A stretch of DNA of 38,612 bases from Nemertoderma westbladi (GCA_032718475.1 JAUCBJ010008782.1:1-38612), one strand, 5' to 3'; counted from the stretch's first letter, positions 10,777 to 22,365 are shown. A program made the numbers and translations. The notes: generated by a model from the sequence alone, not told the origin.

Positions 10777-11698
10777 GCTATGACTTAAACTACATGCAAC
10801 GATATGGCTTAGTTACAATTCACATATATGGCGCATTCTTTAGGAAATGCTTCGTTATCAGTCTCACTCATACACAATGCTGCACAATACTGCACACTGA
10901 TCTGCCGATCTTCACTGATTTTAGTCACATATAAAAGGAACACAGACCGACTCATGTAGGGTCTATCAGATAACATTAGATTCACTTCAAACCACTTTAA
11001 CATAAGTCACAATCGTTATATGTAACCTGTCTCTCTTACCTTCGGTATATCAAGAATATTGGGTTTTCGGGGTTATTTCTCGTTATTCCAAATATAATAT
11101 TTCATCAACCATATAATGAATAACCGACAGTAAATAGCAGTATAACGTTATAAAAGTATGCACGACAAGACCAGCCAAGCATTGAGTAAGTTGTTAACCA
11201 TTGAGTTACCCAGTGACCCAGTGATAACGGATATATGTCCTTATAATTAAGCCTACTAGTGTTAGGCTAAAAGCAGAAAAGCACAAATATTCCAAAAGCC
11301 GTTCTTTCTTGGCTCAGGACTGAATGATAACACTGCCCATAAAGCATTGCGTGATTTCTAGGAAATTTCTGTACAAGAACAGTAAAAACGCTCTGATTGG
11401 TTGACTGAACTGAGAGGCACCGTAGAACAAAGAAAATCGACACGTATACAGCTCAGCTGTTAACCGTCGTCATAGTAACTACTGTTTCAAGAGGATCTAG
11501 CTATTTTGCGTCATAGAATTGCCATAGAATCACCAACCATGTCCCCCAAAGTACACATACGGAAGAAATAGCTCTTAGGTCCTCTAAAAAACACCGATAC
11601 AGCAATAATACGGCCTCTTACGCCTACTAAACCAACTACAGAGTATTTTACGGGAAAAATAAGGAAAATAACCGGGCAATTCCGCAAAAGCTTTTACA

Positions 11699-11706
11699 CC
11701 GCTCCC
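11699..11706 (-). other. Polypurine tract of the BEL element
   Basis: Minus strand GGGAGCGG directly before the 3' LTR TGT. Confidence 0.65.
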
Positions 11707-12600
11707 AGAAAATGGGATTTTCAGTCTATAAAATATAAAAATCACAGTTTCTAAAACATAAAGATACTCTAAACAGTTAGTTTTTCTTGCGCGGACGGCG
11801 TTCACGCAGTTTCCCGAGGCCAGCAAGAGTCCTTTTCTCTTTGGGGCGAGCCACTTTACTAGAAAGGCTATAACTCCTGGGTAAAGGGTGCAATACAATT
11901 GCATTAGAAGGTTTGGGTTTACGGTCGGTGTCTCGTCCATTTCGATATGCTTCTCCTCGAGCTGATTTTCCTCCGCTTGTCATGGGATACGTTCGTCCAA
12001 AACTCTCGCAGAGAATAGGGTTTTCTAAGCTTGATATCTTCTTAGAGATTCGAGATTTCCCAATCGAACTGAGATAAGGCCAATTCGTTTATCGATTGGA
12101 CTTACTGTTATAACTTACGTTTATCTGAACAAACGCAGGTTTCTTTTTTGATCTTTATAGAATAGCGTTTAACTCGTTTCGTACAACGCTCTCCTTCACC
12201 TTGATGAAGGGTTGTATCGCGTTAAACGGGGACGACCATACGGTTGGATAGTGATATTAGGTGTCCGCGTCACAATCCGGCTAGGTAAGATGGGCGGCTA
12301 GCTAGAAATCACTGTCGGAGTGTTACCGATTAATTGTTAGGGTAGCACTAGATCTTTGAACAGTGAATACAGTCCGCGAGGATCCGCGACACCACCAGGA
12401 TCGCAGGTCTGAGGTCCAACTAAGGAATGAGGAGGTTTGACCGAGTATTCCGGGACTCTGATCGTAGGTTTACTCCAGGATCGTTCGAGCCGAGTGAGCA
12501 TAGGTGATACGTCAAACAAGTTTCGCTCGAAACTCCAGTAAATATAACGAGCACAACTGTGTTTAACACAACGTTTCCGTGGATGTTTATGTCTTTCCGT

Positions 12601-13275
12601 TTATTGGCTGGGTCTAGGGCATTTATCGTAATAATACCAAAGACGCACGTCTTGAAGGGGAAACGCGGGTGATCGCTCTCCAGTTTTACAATATTCCTCC
12701 ATCTGTTCGAAGCTATCTGGAACGACAGGTAGCGGTCGATCGGCGGTAAGATACATCATCGTAAAATAGAGCCGTTTGAGTTCCATCATAGGGTCTGGAT
12801 GTATACCTTGAGGATATCGAGTTTCGAGGTTTTGTTGACTGGCAATATTGAGATAGGTCTCTCTTAGGAATTCTAGATAATCGTTGAAGTCGCGACGTTT
12901 ATCAGGTTCTTCAACGTCTTCCCTCTCGAGTCTGTTTCGAATAGAGTTCTCGTGTTCTATTCTCGATTTATCGTTTCGACTCCGCTGGGTATGATATTTA
13001 AATAAAACCATTTCCCTTTCGGTGTCTATATCGTCGGTGTCGTGTAAATCAATAGGATGACCAGTAGTCAAGAAGTCCATATACGTACCATTACGATGCG
13101 TATAGCGAGCGGTGAATTTTCCATAGTCCAATTCACGCGTAAGTTACTTCCAGGAAATCGTAGGTTCGATATAACGACCATCATCCTCCGTAGTAGTTGG
13201 ACTAGTATCACCGCGTATCAAGCTATCAACAAACGCTTGAAAGTAGAGTATATCGCTCCCTGATACCAAGACCAT
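12601..13275 (-). CDS. Orphan accessory ORF in the env position of the BEL element (176 aa open; 224 codons if one in-frame TAA at 13146-13144 is ignored)
   Basis: Protein-like composition. ATG at 13275 is in frame with the 176 aa ORF, and the same frame stays open for another 87 codons after the stop at 12603-12601. No domain recognised. Confidence 0.4.
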
Positions 13276-14124
13276 CTTCTATCAACTCCGTCATATCTGC
13301 TATATATGAGTTTATTAATATTATAATGAGTTTATATTTAGGCTAGCGAGCGTCGCTGCCTACCCCAATCAGCCCCCGGACAGTGCGAGATCCTCAGCGC
13401 CGATGTGTCGTCGCCGCTGTACTTTCGCCAACGACGTAGCCGCACAACGACAACGACAACCGGCACAAGTCACTCGACTGTCCGTCCCAAAGGCTTAGAT
13501 ACACCTCAGGTTCTTACTGGAGAGTTAGGGTTACTTTCACAATTGCGACTCGCTACTGTAAACACACCTTAGTAGTAACATTCGCCTATAAACTCACAAA
13601 TACCACACACACAACTTGTCACAAATTACACACACTCGGGTCACTTGTCCGTTAGTCAGTGCCTTCCAGAATGTCACGTTATTATCATGTATCCTTGGAT
13701 ACTAGCAGTGCGCTATTTATTCCCTATGCTATTCAATGGGACAAGCTTTCTATTGTTCTTTTAACTCAATTCTAATTCTAGCGTGGTTGTTGCTATGGTG
13801 ACATTATGCAAAGCTAGCGGTAGAATTAGGGTAATTCCAATGCATACAGATCTGGGATGTTATTTAATAGTAATTCTTTAATGGTCAATGTCCTGTTTTA
13901 TACATGGCTTTATGAATTTTATCGGCTACTGACTATGTTTGGGAGACTTTCGCACACTCATACGCATAAGAAGATAAATCTCCGCTCCCTTGATCTATTA
14001 ATTAATGGAATTTTGGGAATGTTATAAATTGCGTAAAAATGGCAATTTATTAAATTCATTAAAAGGCATGAATTTAAATTTATTCCCTGAAATTTTATTA
14101 TTTGATAATTAAATTGACATGTTT

Positions 14125-14432
14125 TGATTCTAGAACATGTCTGGGGACACAAGATCCTTAATTCTATGAAAATTGTCTTTTTAAGAATAGCGGTAAATGC
14201 TACGATGTCTTAATTGACTAGAATTGTTGAAGGATCTGAATTTTACAGATTTTGATTTATTAGATTTGCAAATATTAAATAATTAATATTTGAGATGGGC
14301 ACCGATTTATTCCAGAACTTGTCTGGGGACGTTAACCACTGATTCTAGAATTTGTCTTTCAAGTATATCGGTGGGTGCCACGATATCTTAATCGACTAGA
14401 ATTACAGATGGTCAAAAGGTTTAACAGATTTA
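14125..14432. repeat. Degenerate direct duplication (~183 bp period) in the BEL 3' region
   Basis: attctagaacatgtctggggac...cgatgtcttaattgactagaatt...acagattt recurs as attccagaacttgtctggggac...cgatatcttaatcgactagaatt...acagattt. Confidence 0.65.
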
Positions 14433-14982
14433 TTTGCGTTTCACGCTACTGTTAGAGGGACATCACGCTACTATATGTATTATTTAATATACGGTATGAG
14501 AGCAATATCGCACGAAGCAATGTCAGTGTGAAGAGGCAAGTCGTTTCCAAGGTCTACCCAGAGCTTGGTTTAGCCGAGACACGAGGATCTGAACTTTGCA
14601 TTCCTAATACTCTGCCTACCAATAATACTTAAATATAGTAGTGGCTTTATTGTACTTTAATAAGTACGGATATTTCATCTTACTGTAGTCACGTATTTAT
14701 AATATGATACGGGCAGTAAGGAAAGAGAAAAAGAATTATTTCTCGCCGTCGCACTAAATATATAATATACGTAATTAAATAATAAACGCGAATATATATT
14801 GCACTAATCTACTAAATAATCTCTAAAATACCATACTACTAAATAAAATTAAATAAAACGATTAAAATAAAATTACATAATAATACATACATAAATATAA
14901 AAATAAAACAAATACAAAATAATAGAGTCACACACCCACTCCATATGTTGTTACGTTATGGAGTCCCTAGATGTTTGAAGGA

Positions 14983-17900
14983 TTAGGGAGGTGGTCGTGG
15001 GAAGAGAATCTTGCCTTCCACAGTTTCCGGAGAGTCCTCCATTCCCTTCCGGTAAACACAAACGACCGACTGGGTGATTGAGTCGCTGCATCCCGAATAC
15101 ATTCCTGGTTTCCTCTTCGTCCTGGAATAGTGACGATAGAAACATCGCTCTAGGTACACGATGGCCTTACAAAGCCGATTCCAGGAGCTATAGTGGTCCG
15201 TCGCTCCCTGCAGGAGAGGTGAGAGTCCCTGCGAGACGTCTGATGTTCCAGAGCTCCAATCGCTCTCTCTGATCTTCATGAAGGATCCACTCGCGGTGGG
15301 GAGGTCCAGATCCACGGCGTCGTCCCTGGCAATATGTAATACCGACAGATCTATCCCGGGTTCAAATAACTCCGATCCACCCGTCCGGGTTTTAGGTTTG
15401 ACTTTCTCCGCTCCCTTGGCTGGTCTAATCTCAGTCGGAGTAAGATGGGAAGGCCATTCATCCTCCTTACTCAGGAAGTCGGGTTCACCTAACCGGTCTG
15501 TAGTATCTGTCAGTTCTTGGGGAGTTGCTCCTCTGGAAGCGATGTCAGTTGGATTAAACTTCTTGGGGCAATATCTCCATTGATCTACATTGGAGCTAAT
15601 ATCGTCATTATCTGAGGAGTATGGTGTTCCCTCAGTTGGGTCGTCTCCCTCACTAGTATCATCTTCCCATTCACTCACCTGGCAGACGCGATCTTGAAGC
15701 AGTCTTTCTCTGAGCGTTCTTCGGGAAGGTCCAGTAAGGTACCAACCTACTCTAGTTCTTACCGCATAGGTCTGAAGTGGTTGCGGTTGAGCAGGTCGTT
15801 TCTCCAATGTCTCCAGCGCCTCATGCGCGTTTTGACCGATTAATATTTGTACTCCAGGATAATCGGTGTCGAATCTAGGAATGTTAAGTTGTTGGGCATG
15901 ATCATCTTTGTCCCAATTATAAGGTTCCACTTGGGTGGTAGCGAAGTTCTTTATTGCCACCATTTTGACTGACCCTATACTGTGTTCTCCTAGTTTATCC
16001 TGTGGAGTGGACAACTCACCTATATAATAGTCGGCAGCCACAGCAGATTTCCAAACCTGCATGATCCCTGACATGTTTAGCTTGGTTTGGAACTTGGGTT
16101 GTCCAGCAAAGATGTCTTCGGCTAGTTCTTTATCGATGAATGTTCCTGTGCTGCCGGAGTCCAGGAGGGCGTTCACTATATAGCTCTTCTGAGGTCCGTG
16201 GACCCGTAACTGGACTACAGGAAATTCTCGGATTCCTACATTTGAAGTTGGCGCTTTCCAAGATTGTTGTTGATCTGAAGTAGTTAGGGTGAGGTCGCTG
16301 TCTGTGTCTTTCTCATACATGAGTGCTCGATACACTGCGGTGGTGTTTATTAAGTAACAGGATTCGTTTTGGTCGGAGAATTCGTCCGTATAGAATCCTT
16401 CCATCTCAGAACTTTGGTCAGTGTCGTTCACATCACTGAATTGGACATGTAGTTGTTCGGACTCACTTACCTGACTCGGGCTGCTTCGTTCGAATTCAGT
16501 GTGCAACAAGATATGATGTTTTGCACCGCACTTTGCACACCTTACGTCGGAGTAACAGGTTCGCCGTTGGTGTCCTCGTCTGAGGCAATTATAACACAAC
16601 CGCTTATCCCACATGACTTCCCGTCTCTCTTTTAATGATTTCTTTAAGAATTCATCGCACATATTCAAGCGGTGGGGCCCGTCGCACAGCACACATTTGG
16701 GTTTGATGTTACTTACTTTAACCTGTGCTGTGTGGTGCACACTTGTTCTTTCCTCGGGCTTTCTTACATGAATTCTCTTGGGAGACGTAGGAGGAGTTTT
16801 TCTTACCTGTTCTCTCCTGTCATTGGTTCGAGACTTGAATTTACTTACCTGGTCTTTAGGCGTTTTATTGACATAATAAGATCTTTCAGTGTCTTTCCCG
16901 CTATCCTCTCCTTGAGAAGTCTGGCTTTCGCCGTCGTCTGTATAACACACTGGTGTTACCCTTCTCCTAGAAACGGGTTTCTCACTTACCTTGTTTTCTA
17001 GTGTCTTCTCTCTGGACTGCCTTAGGAGCTGTAATTTCACTTCTCCATCTAAGAATGACATGAGATCAGCCATGGTAGGGTCTCGTCGTTGTTGTTCCAT
17101 CATATATAACACTGTCTTGTCCCAGCGTGTACCTACTCCGCCCTTGGGCAAATTAGATGCTAAGGCTCCTACAACCATAGAATTCTGGTATTCATGAGAC
17201 TTATCTAACCAATCTAGTTGTCTACAGATCTCCTGAATCTCGTCGGAAAACTCTATAATCCCGCTGCTAAGAAACTTTCGGGGCGCCATTAATTTTGCAT
17301 ACAAATACCTAGCTATGTTATTCTTATTACCATACCTGATGTTTAGTGTATCCCAAACTTGTCTTAATCCGTCTGGATGTCCAATAAACTTTAACGCCAT
17401 TAACTTGGGAGATCCTTCCAAGCACTCGATGAGGAATCTAAGTTTCTCACCATTAGATAGCACAGAGTTCTGTATGTTATCTTTGTAATATTCATTAAAA
17501 GGTAACCATTTCATCTCATCTCCATCGAACTTGACGATCTCTCCCACCTTTACCGCTTGCCGGGCTTCGGTTCTAGCCATTTGATGCGTAAAACTTTCTT
17601 GGGCCATCGTGTTATTTAATATCGAGTTATCGGTATATAAATTTCTCGGATTATGATCCGGTCTATAGGGAATATCATTATCAACAGGTCTATAATTACC
17701 CTTAATAGGGTTCACTATAGGAGTTTCTACTTCGCTAGCAGTATAGATGCTTGTAGGCTCCACACCTTGCGCATGAGATACTTCAGACCTAACAGGTTGA
17801 CACATTGTTACAGGGGGTGGTGGTATACCCTTTTGTGTATTTACTAATTTATCGCGTTCTAGCGCGATACTTTGCTGCACTTCTTGCAACTCTAACCTAC

Positions 17901-19275
17901 TTTCCCTTACTGTGCCCTTGAATTGCTGAACAGTCTCCTGCATCTGTCCGAGCAGGAGATCCATCCCCCGTCGTCTCTCATCCACCCATTCGACCGCCGA
18001 AGCGGGATTCGCCAACGTTGTAGCGGGCGGACGAGGGACAACGGGCGACAAATCTTGAATATTTCGCTCGGAGTCCAGGGCATGAACTGTCTCATGGGCT
18101 GTTCTGCTGGGCACAGGTAGCTTGGTACTGTGTAAAGGGAATTTAGAGGTAGGTTCAGGGAGTACAGGTGTCTCTATCACCGAAGGGGTGATTTCAAGAA
18201 CAGGCCTAATTATTTCAGGCTCATCTACTATAGTAGAGAGTCTTTCTATTGTAATTATTTGGTCTGTGGGTTCTGTACTACCTAAGTTGGTGTTATTTAG
18301 TTGCCTTCTAACAGCTGGAGGCAAATCAGGCAATTTCTGACGGTGGGATGTTCTTTTACGTCTGCTTAGACGAGATCTATTTCCTTTGCCTTCAGTATCG
18401 GTGGTATCGCCTTCCTCAGATGATGTATATCCCTGTCTTTTGGGAGTAGATCGACCCATCATCTGCATTTGACTAGCTGTTAACTGTTTATTTATGCAGT
18501 CTTGATTCTCCTGAATGTTTTCCAATTCTAGTTGGGTGGTTTCTTCAGATGCCTTTCGTTCTGCTTCTGCCAATGCAGCTGCCAAGGCCGCTGCTATTTT
18601 CTTTTTGTCTTCTATAAGTTTTTTCTTTACTTGCTCTTCTTGGACTCTAGTGATGCGGAGGAGTTCATCAAATTTAGCTTGGTTCGCAGCTAACATTTCC
18701 GCATCGATTGCGTCCAGCACAAGCTTGGTTCCTTCACTATTAGGGCTAAGCCCCTCCAGCCTTCTCCTCAACTCTTCATCTCCTACAAAGCGTTGATAGT
18801 CTGACAGATAGATGTCAATAGCATCCCTCTTATGCGGTTTCTCTGCTGTCACTTCGCTTTCTTCTTGAGAAAAAGTGGCGTCGGTTGATTCTTCATAGGT
18901 TGGCCGTTCATCATAAACCTTATCCGCCATCTTCGCTCCGCGTTCGGGCGTCCGCTCAACAGTATCCGAACTACTGGAGCTATTGGGCCGTTGAGAAGTA
19001 AGTTCTTGGCTCGCGGGTTGTTGCGGTTCCGCTGCTTCTTGGTCCCGCTTGACCTGAGCTCGAGTGCCTATGATAGACCTACGATGTTGGACTAGCCTAG
19101 GGTCTGATACTACTACTGTAGGGATGACCTTGCTTACAGTAGGAGGGGACTTGGACTTTGGTCTCAGACGCTCTATACTCTTAGCTGAGTCCCAGATCTT
19201 TTTAAGACCCTGTCTAACACTCATTCTAGCACTTTCTAAGAGGCTATCTGATAATGTTTGGTTTATGTCAGACAT
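14983..19275 (-). CDS. BEL/Pao Gag-protease polyprotein, 1430 aa, with RNase H C-terminal remnant; no RT or integrase
   Basis: Gag core FDGDEMKWLPF...EKLRFLIECLEG. Knuckles CVLCDGPHRLNMC, CYNCLRRGHQRRTC, CAKCGAKHHILLH. Protease ALLDSGS...ILIG...TRVGWYLTGP. Then QWRYCPKKFNPTDIASRG and YSSWNRL. No YVDD or integrase motifs. Confidence 0.92.
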   Translation of the reverse strand: MSDINQTLSDSLLESARMSVRQGLKKIWDSAKSIERLRPKSKSPPTVSKVIPTVVVSDPRLVQHRRSIIGTRAQVKRDQEAAEPQQPASQELTSQRPNSSSSSDTVERTPERGAKMADKVYDERPTYEESTDATFSQEESEVTAEKPHKRDAIDIYLSDYQRFVGDEELRRRLEGLSPNSEGTKLVLDAIDAEMLAANQAKFDELLRITRVQEEQVKKKLIEDKKKIAAALAAALAEAERKASEETTQLELENIQENQDCINKQLTASQMQMMGRSTPKRQGYTSSEEGDTTDTEGKGNRSRLSRRKRTSHRQKLPDLPPAVRRQLNNTNLGSTEPTDQIITIERLSTIVDEPEIIRPVLEITPSVIETPVLPEPTSKFPLHSTKLPVPSRTAHETVHALDSERNIQDLSPVVPRPPATTLANPASAVEWVDERRRGMDLLLGQMQETVQQFKGTVRESRLELQEVQQSIALERDKLVNTQKGIPPPPVTMCQPVRSEVSHAQGVEPTSIYTASEVETPIVNPIKGNYRPVDNDIPYRPDHNPRNLYTDNSILNNTMAQESFTHQMARTEARQAVKVGEIVKFDGDEMKWLPFNEYYKDNIQNSVLSNGEKLRFLIECLEGSPKLMALKFIGHPDGLRQVWDTLNIRYGNKNNIARYLYAKLMAPRKFLSSGIIEFSDEIQEICRQLDWLDKSHEYQNSMVVGALASNLPKGGVGTRWDKTVLYMMEQQRRDPTMADLMSFLDGEVKLQLLRQSREKTLENKVSEKPVSRRRVTPVCYTDDGESQTSQGEDSGKDTERSYYVNKTPKDQVSKFKSRTNDRREQVRKTPPTSPKRIHVRKPEERTSVHHTAQVKVSNIKPKCVLCDGPHRLNMCDEFLKKSLKERREVMWDKRLCYNCLRRGHQRRTCYSDVRCAKCGAKHHILLHTEFERSSPSQVSESEQLHVQFSDVNDTDQSSEMEGFYTDEFSDQNESCYLINTTAVYRALMYEKDTDSDLTLTTSDQQQSWKAPTSNVGIREFPVVQLRVHGPQKSYIVNALLDSGSTGTFIDKELAEDIFAGQPKFQTKLNMSGIMQVWKSAVAADYYIGELSTPQDKLGEHSIGSVKMVAIKNFATTQVEPYNWDKDDHAQQLNIPRFDTDYPGVQILIGQNAHEALETLEKRPAQPQPLQTYAVRTRVGWYLTGPSRRTLRERLLQDRVCQVSEWEDDTSEGDDPTEGTPYSSDNDDISSNVDQWRYCPKKFNPTDIASRGATPQELTDTTDRLGEPDFLSKEDEWPSHLTPTEIRPAKGAEKVKPKTRTGGSELFEPGIDLSVLHIARDDAVDLDLPTASGSFMKIRESDWSSGTSDVSQGLSPLLQGATDHYSSWNRLCKAIVYLERCFYRHYSRTKRKPGMYSGCSDSITQSVVCVYRKGMEDSPETVEGKILFPRPPP

Positions 19276-19409
19276 GTTTGATTGTACAGTTGAATGCCTA
19301 CTGCTATATTACAGTCTAAGCAAGTCTAGTAATTCAGCATTAACTGCTAGCCTAGTAATTAATTACCGATACTGCTACTCAGTGTAGCGTGATATATAAT
19401 ATATTAGTA

Positions 19410-19530
19410 TACCGGTATGCTTATAGTATATATAAGTATTATTACAGACTAGTTTATCACAGAATACCGGTAGGTAATTTTAGCACAAATATATATAAAT
19501 ATATAATAGGCCTATTGTGAATACCGGTAT
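19410..19530. repeat. ~120-135 bp tandem repeat in the BEL 5' leader, continuing at 23224-23360 and split by the hATm insertion
   Basis: accggtatg...attacagactag...cagaataccggta...gcctattgt(g/a)aataccggtat occurs on both sides of the insertion. Confidence 0.7.
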
Positions 19531-20055
19531 TAGGGTGTGTCAAAAAAAAAAATTTTGGATTTTGACTGTGCATACCCACTGGATTTGTGCATTAGGGTGA
19601 AAAAACGACACAGACGAAATTTTTCATCATTTGGCTCAGGTTAAGCCATCCCCCAAGCCGCTTGAAATTGTCAATGTTAATCGAATGGTATATTTTTGAA
19701 TGAAAAAGGCCATCTGTCAGTTAGGACACTTCCAGTCATCATATGAAGTCCATTTTGGTCTCATTCGAACCGCAATAGCCGATTTAGTGGGGGTAGATGT
19801 GATTGTCTAAGTCCTAGTACCAATATTTTGGAAACCTCAAGCTTAAATTTCGATATTACCAATAAGGGACTCATCAAAGGAGACCGCATTATCAAATTTG
19901 ACTGTTCTCTTCATTGTATTGTAACTATAGTGACATGGTTCATAATGACAATAGAAACGAAAATAAAACCGAAAATATTGATATTGATATTTAATTTATA
20001 TTAATTATTAACAATGAATAATAATTGCTATTTATATTAAATTATTAACCATGAA

Positions 20056-22365
20056 TTAGACAAGTTTCATTTTGAGAGGCTTTGGAAAAGTTTGACGATG
20101 ATATTCAACAATCTGGTACATAAGTTGACGCTGGACATCATCCCTTGTTAAATGGTTGTTGAAGTCTGTAGCCAACTTTACAGCTCGTTCAGCACAGTCG
20201 TTGACTACAGATAATGAATTCACCTTTCTCATGGCTGTGATGTAATTAGCGTTCTCAGGCCATGATTCCGGTTTGCTTTGAAGGAAATGGGGTTCCAGTT
20301 TCAGAGCTTTGAACAGGTTCAGTGACCTTTTTGTGACAAAGTCTGCTAAGGTCTTGTTCTGGAAACAGTCTGTTGTCTTAAGCGGCAATCTTCTGCTGTC
20401 GTTTGTATTTTCAGGTTTACTCAGAGCAGACACAATCGCTTTCTTCTCTGATACTTCCACCAAAGGAGAGAAAAGTGCCATCCCAACAAGGTCTTCACTT
20501 AAGTACCACAGCTGCCCTTTCAGTTTTTTCAAAGCTATACTGGCAACTTCTTTATCTACAACGTGGTACCTTTCAAGTTTCTTGAGTAGCAGTAAGTCAT
20601 TAATGGGAGCATTACAGCTATCTGGGGCTAAATTCCAAGGTACAATATAAATTGTTGCTATAAATAGTACAATACGTTTCAATGAATTCAATTCGTGATG
20701 GCTCAAATCAAACTGATCTCGAAAAAGCAAAATCTTCAGACAGTATATCCCCTTAGCCATCCACCGGGAATGGCTGTATGCTCCAGGAGTCGAAAATTTA
20801 GCTTTAGCAGCAGGACAGCCCAGACTAAGAAGTACTAAATTAATAAACTCACTATAGTCCTGTCTTGGGGCAGTTTTTCTGGCTAGTATATCAGTTAGTG
20901 CTTTACATGTGCTCTCTCTATTATTAGCCAGCCACGATTCTTCCTCACTGGATAAGACAAACTGGCCAGTTGTTTTGTCAAGTGACAAGTAACTCTCTTG
21001 GTTTATATAGGGCCACTGCTCCTTGAAACGACGGAAGAGTGGTATTTCTGGACCACATGTTGGGAAATATTTATCGAACACAGCTGACGATACAACCTCC
21101 AAAATGTGATGTCGGCAAGCTAAGAACAAAAGTCTCTTATCAAAAGCTTTTTGAATTACAGTTATAGCACCAACATTAACTCCAGTATTAGAAGCTGTGG
21201 TATCAAAACAAAGGCCGGCCAACCAGTCAGAAACACCTTCCCACTCATTAATAAATTTAACAACAGCATTCCCCATAATTGTACCAGTTCCAGCTGGCAA
21301 ACGGGGTATGCCAAGCAGTTTTTCTACATTTTCTCCCGAAATAACTACTGGCATATGATCATTATTGTCCTGGGCAACTTCAGATGGTATAATTTTACTG
21401 TCAAAATGTGCGATTACAGGTGTATTTAGGCCTAATAGAAAATTTTCTTTAATTTCTCGACCAGTAGATTCCCGGACTGTTTTCCGAGCTCGGGCTATTG
21501 AAGAAGCCGATAAAGTAATCGATGTCACATCTACTCCTGCAGCTGTGAGGGCTGGAGTAACAACAAACATCGCCTCTCGAGGTGATGTTGCTGTTCTTTC
21601 CATACTGGCAACGAATTTAGGGTCTTTTATAACAGCAGCTTTATCACTAGTAGTGTAAGTGCCGGTAATAGTACTTGCAATTAAATCGCTGTCTGGTTCA
21701 AGTTGCTGTTTGTGATATTTACTGGGTATGAATTCACCATCATCTCCAGATGCCTCACTATTTTCGGATTCACTCAATGTAAGAACGAGACTTTGGGAAT
21801 CTTTCAGAATTTCAGCTTGCTCTTTGCGTTTTTCCATAGTTAGTTTCCGCTTCAAGATCCTATTTTTCTTCTCATTGTAAATCTTGTCTTCACCTGACAT
21901 TACCATCAGTCTCTCTGTCCTCTGGTCCTGAAGGAATGTCCAGTCCTCCTTAATTTTTATTTTTTCCATTGATTTGGCGTGGGCAATATCAAATAGTTTT
22001 GACATCCTCAATGAAAAGTTTTTCTCTTTAGCGATTTGAGTTTTGTCTGAGGTCCGAGATTTATGTTTTCCAACTGCTGAATATTCATCATGAAGTGCTT
22101 TTAGTTTAGCTACAGCGTTTGGCTTTTGTGTTGTTGGCACATTTGCCTTATTATATAACAGAATCACTTCATTTATTGTATTAGAGTATCCTACAGGTTT
22201 AGTCAGTTTGTTTACTCGAAGATCATAAAATAGTCGACGAAGGACTTGTCCTATAGTAGGAAGCTGTCTAGGGCTTTCTTCAGACAGAGAAACAGTAGGC
22301 TGACCAATGAGCCATATTGCAGTAGATGAACGAGTTTTGTGCAATTCTGTGGTAATAGTAGCCAT
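20056..22365 (-). CDS. hATm-like DDE transposase, 769 aa, intact and intronless
   Basis: HFDSK (D1), LCFDTTASNTG (D2), LACRHH (CxxH), HSRW, LWYLSE, VVNDCAERAVK (E). ATG to TAA without interruption. Confidence 0.9.
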   Translation of the reverse strand: MATITTELHKTRSSTAIWLIGQPTVSLSEESPRQLPTIGQVLRRLFYDLRVNKLTKPVGYSNTINEVILLYNKANVPTTQKPNAVAKLKALHDEYSAVGKHKSRTSDKTQIAKEKNFSLRMSKLFDIAHAKSMEKIKIKEDWTFLQDQRTERLMVMSGEDKIYNEKKNRILKRKLTMEKRKEQAEILKDSQSLVLTLSESENSEASGDDGEFIPSKYHKQQLEPDSDLIASTITGTYTTSDKAAVIKDPKFVASMERTATSPREAMFVVTPALTAAGVDVTSITLSASSIARARKTVRESTGREIKENFLLGLNTPVIAHFDSKIIPSEVAQDNNDHMPVVISGENVEKLLGIPRLPAGTGTIMGNAVVKFINEWEGVSDWLAGLCFDTTASNTGVNVGAITVIQKAFDKRLLFLACRHHILEVVSSAVFDKYFPTCGPEIPLFRRFKEQWPYINQESYLSLDKTTGQFVLSSEEESWLANNRESTCKALTDILARKTAPRQDYSEFINLVLLSLGCPAAKAKFSTPGAYSHSRWMAKGIYCLKILLFRDQFDLSHHELNSLKRIVLFIATIYIVPWNLAPDSCNAPINDLLLLKKLERYHVVDKEVASIALKKLKGQLWYLSEDLVGMALFSPLVEVSEKKAIVSALSKPENTNDSRRLPLKTTDCFQNKTLADFVTKRSLNLFKALKLEPHFLQSKPESWPENANYITAMRKVNSLSVVNDCAERAVKLATDFNNHLTRDDVQRQLMYQIVEYHRQTFPKPLKMKLV

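Larger units (their letters stand above)
7806..11698 (-). repeat. 3' LTR (1222 bp plus 2671 bp P-element insertion including TSD)
   Basis: Matches 25604-26825 except for the P insertion and one substitution noticed (G at 11422 vs A at 26549). TG...CA termini. Confidence 0.9.

Noticed and set aside
13340-13510. GC-rich segment with GAAA and CTGAGGA on the minus strand as a hammerhead ribozyme
   Set aside because: Stems I and III could not be formed around the core. An Infernal search would settle it.
15078-21658. Many short plus-strand ORFs opposite the Gag-PR and hATm ORFs
   Set aside because: Antisense shadows of long coding sequences.
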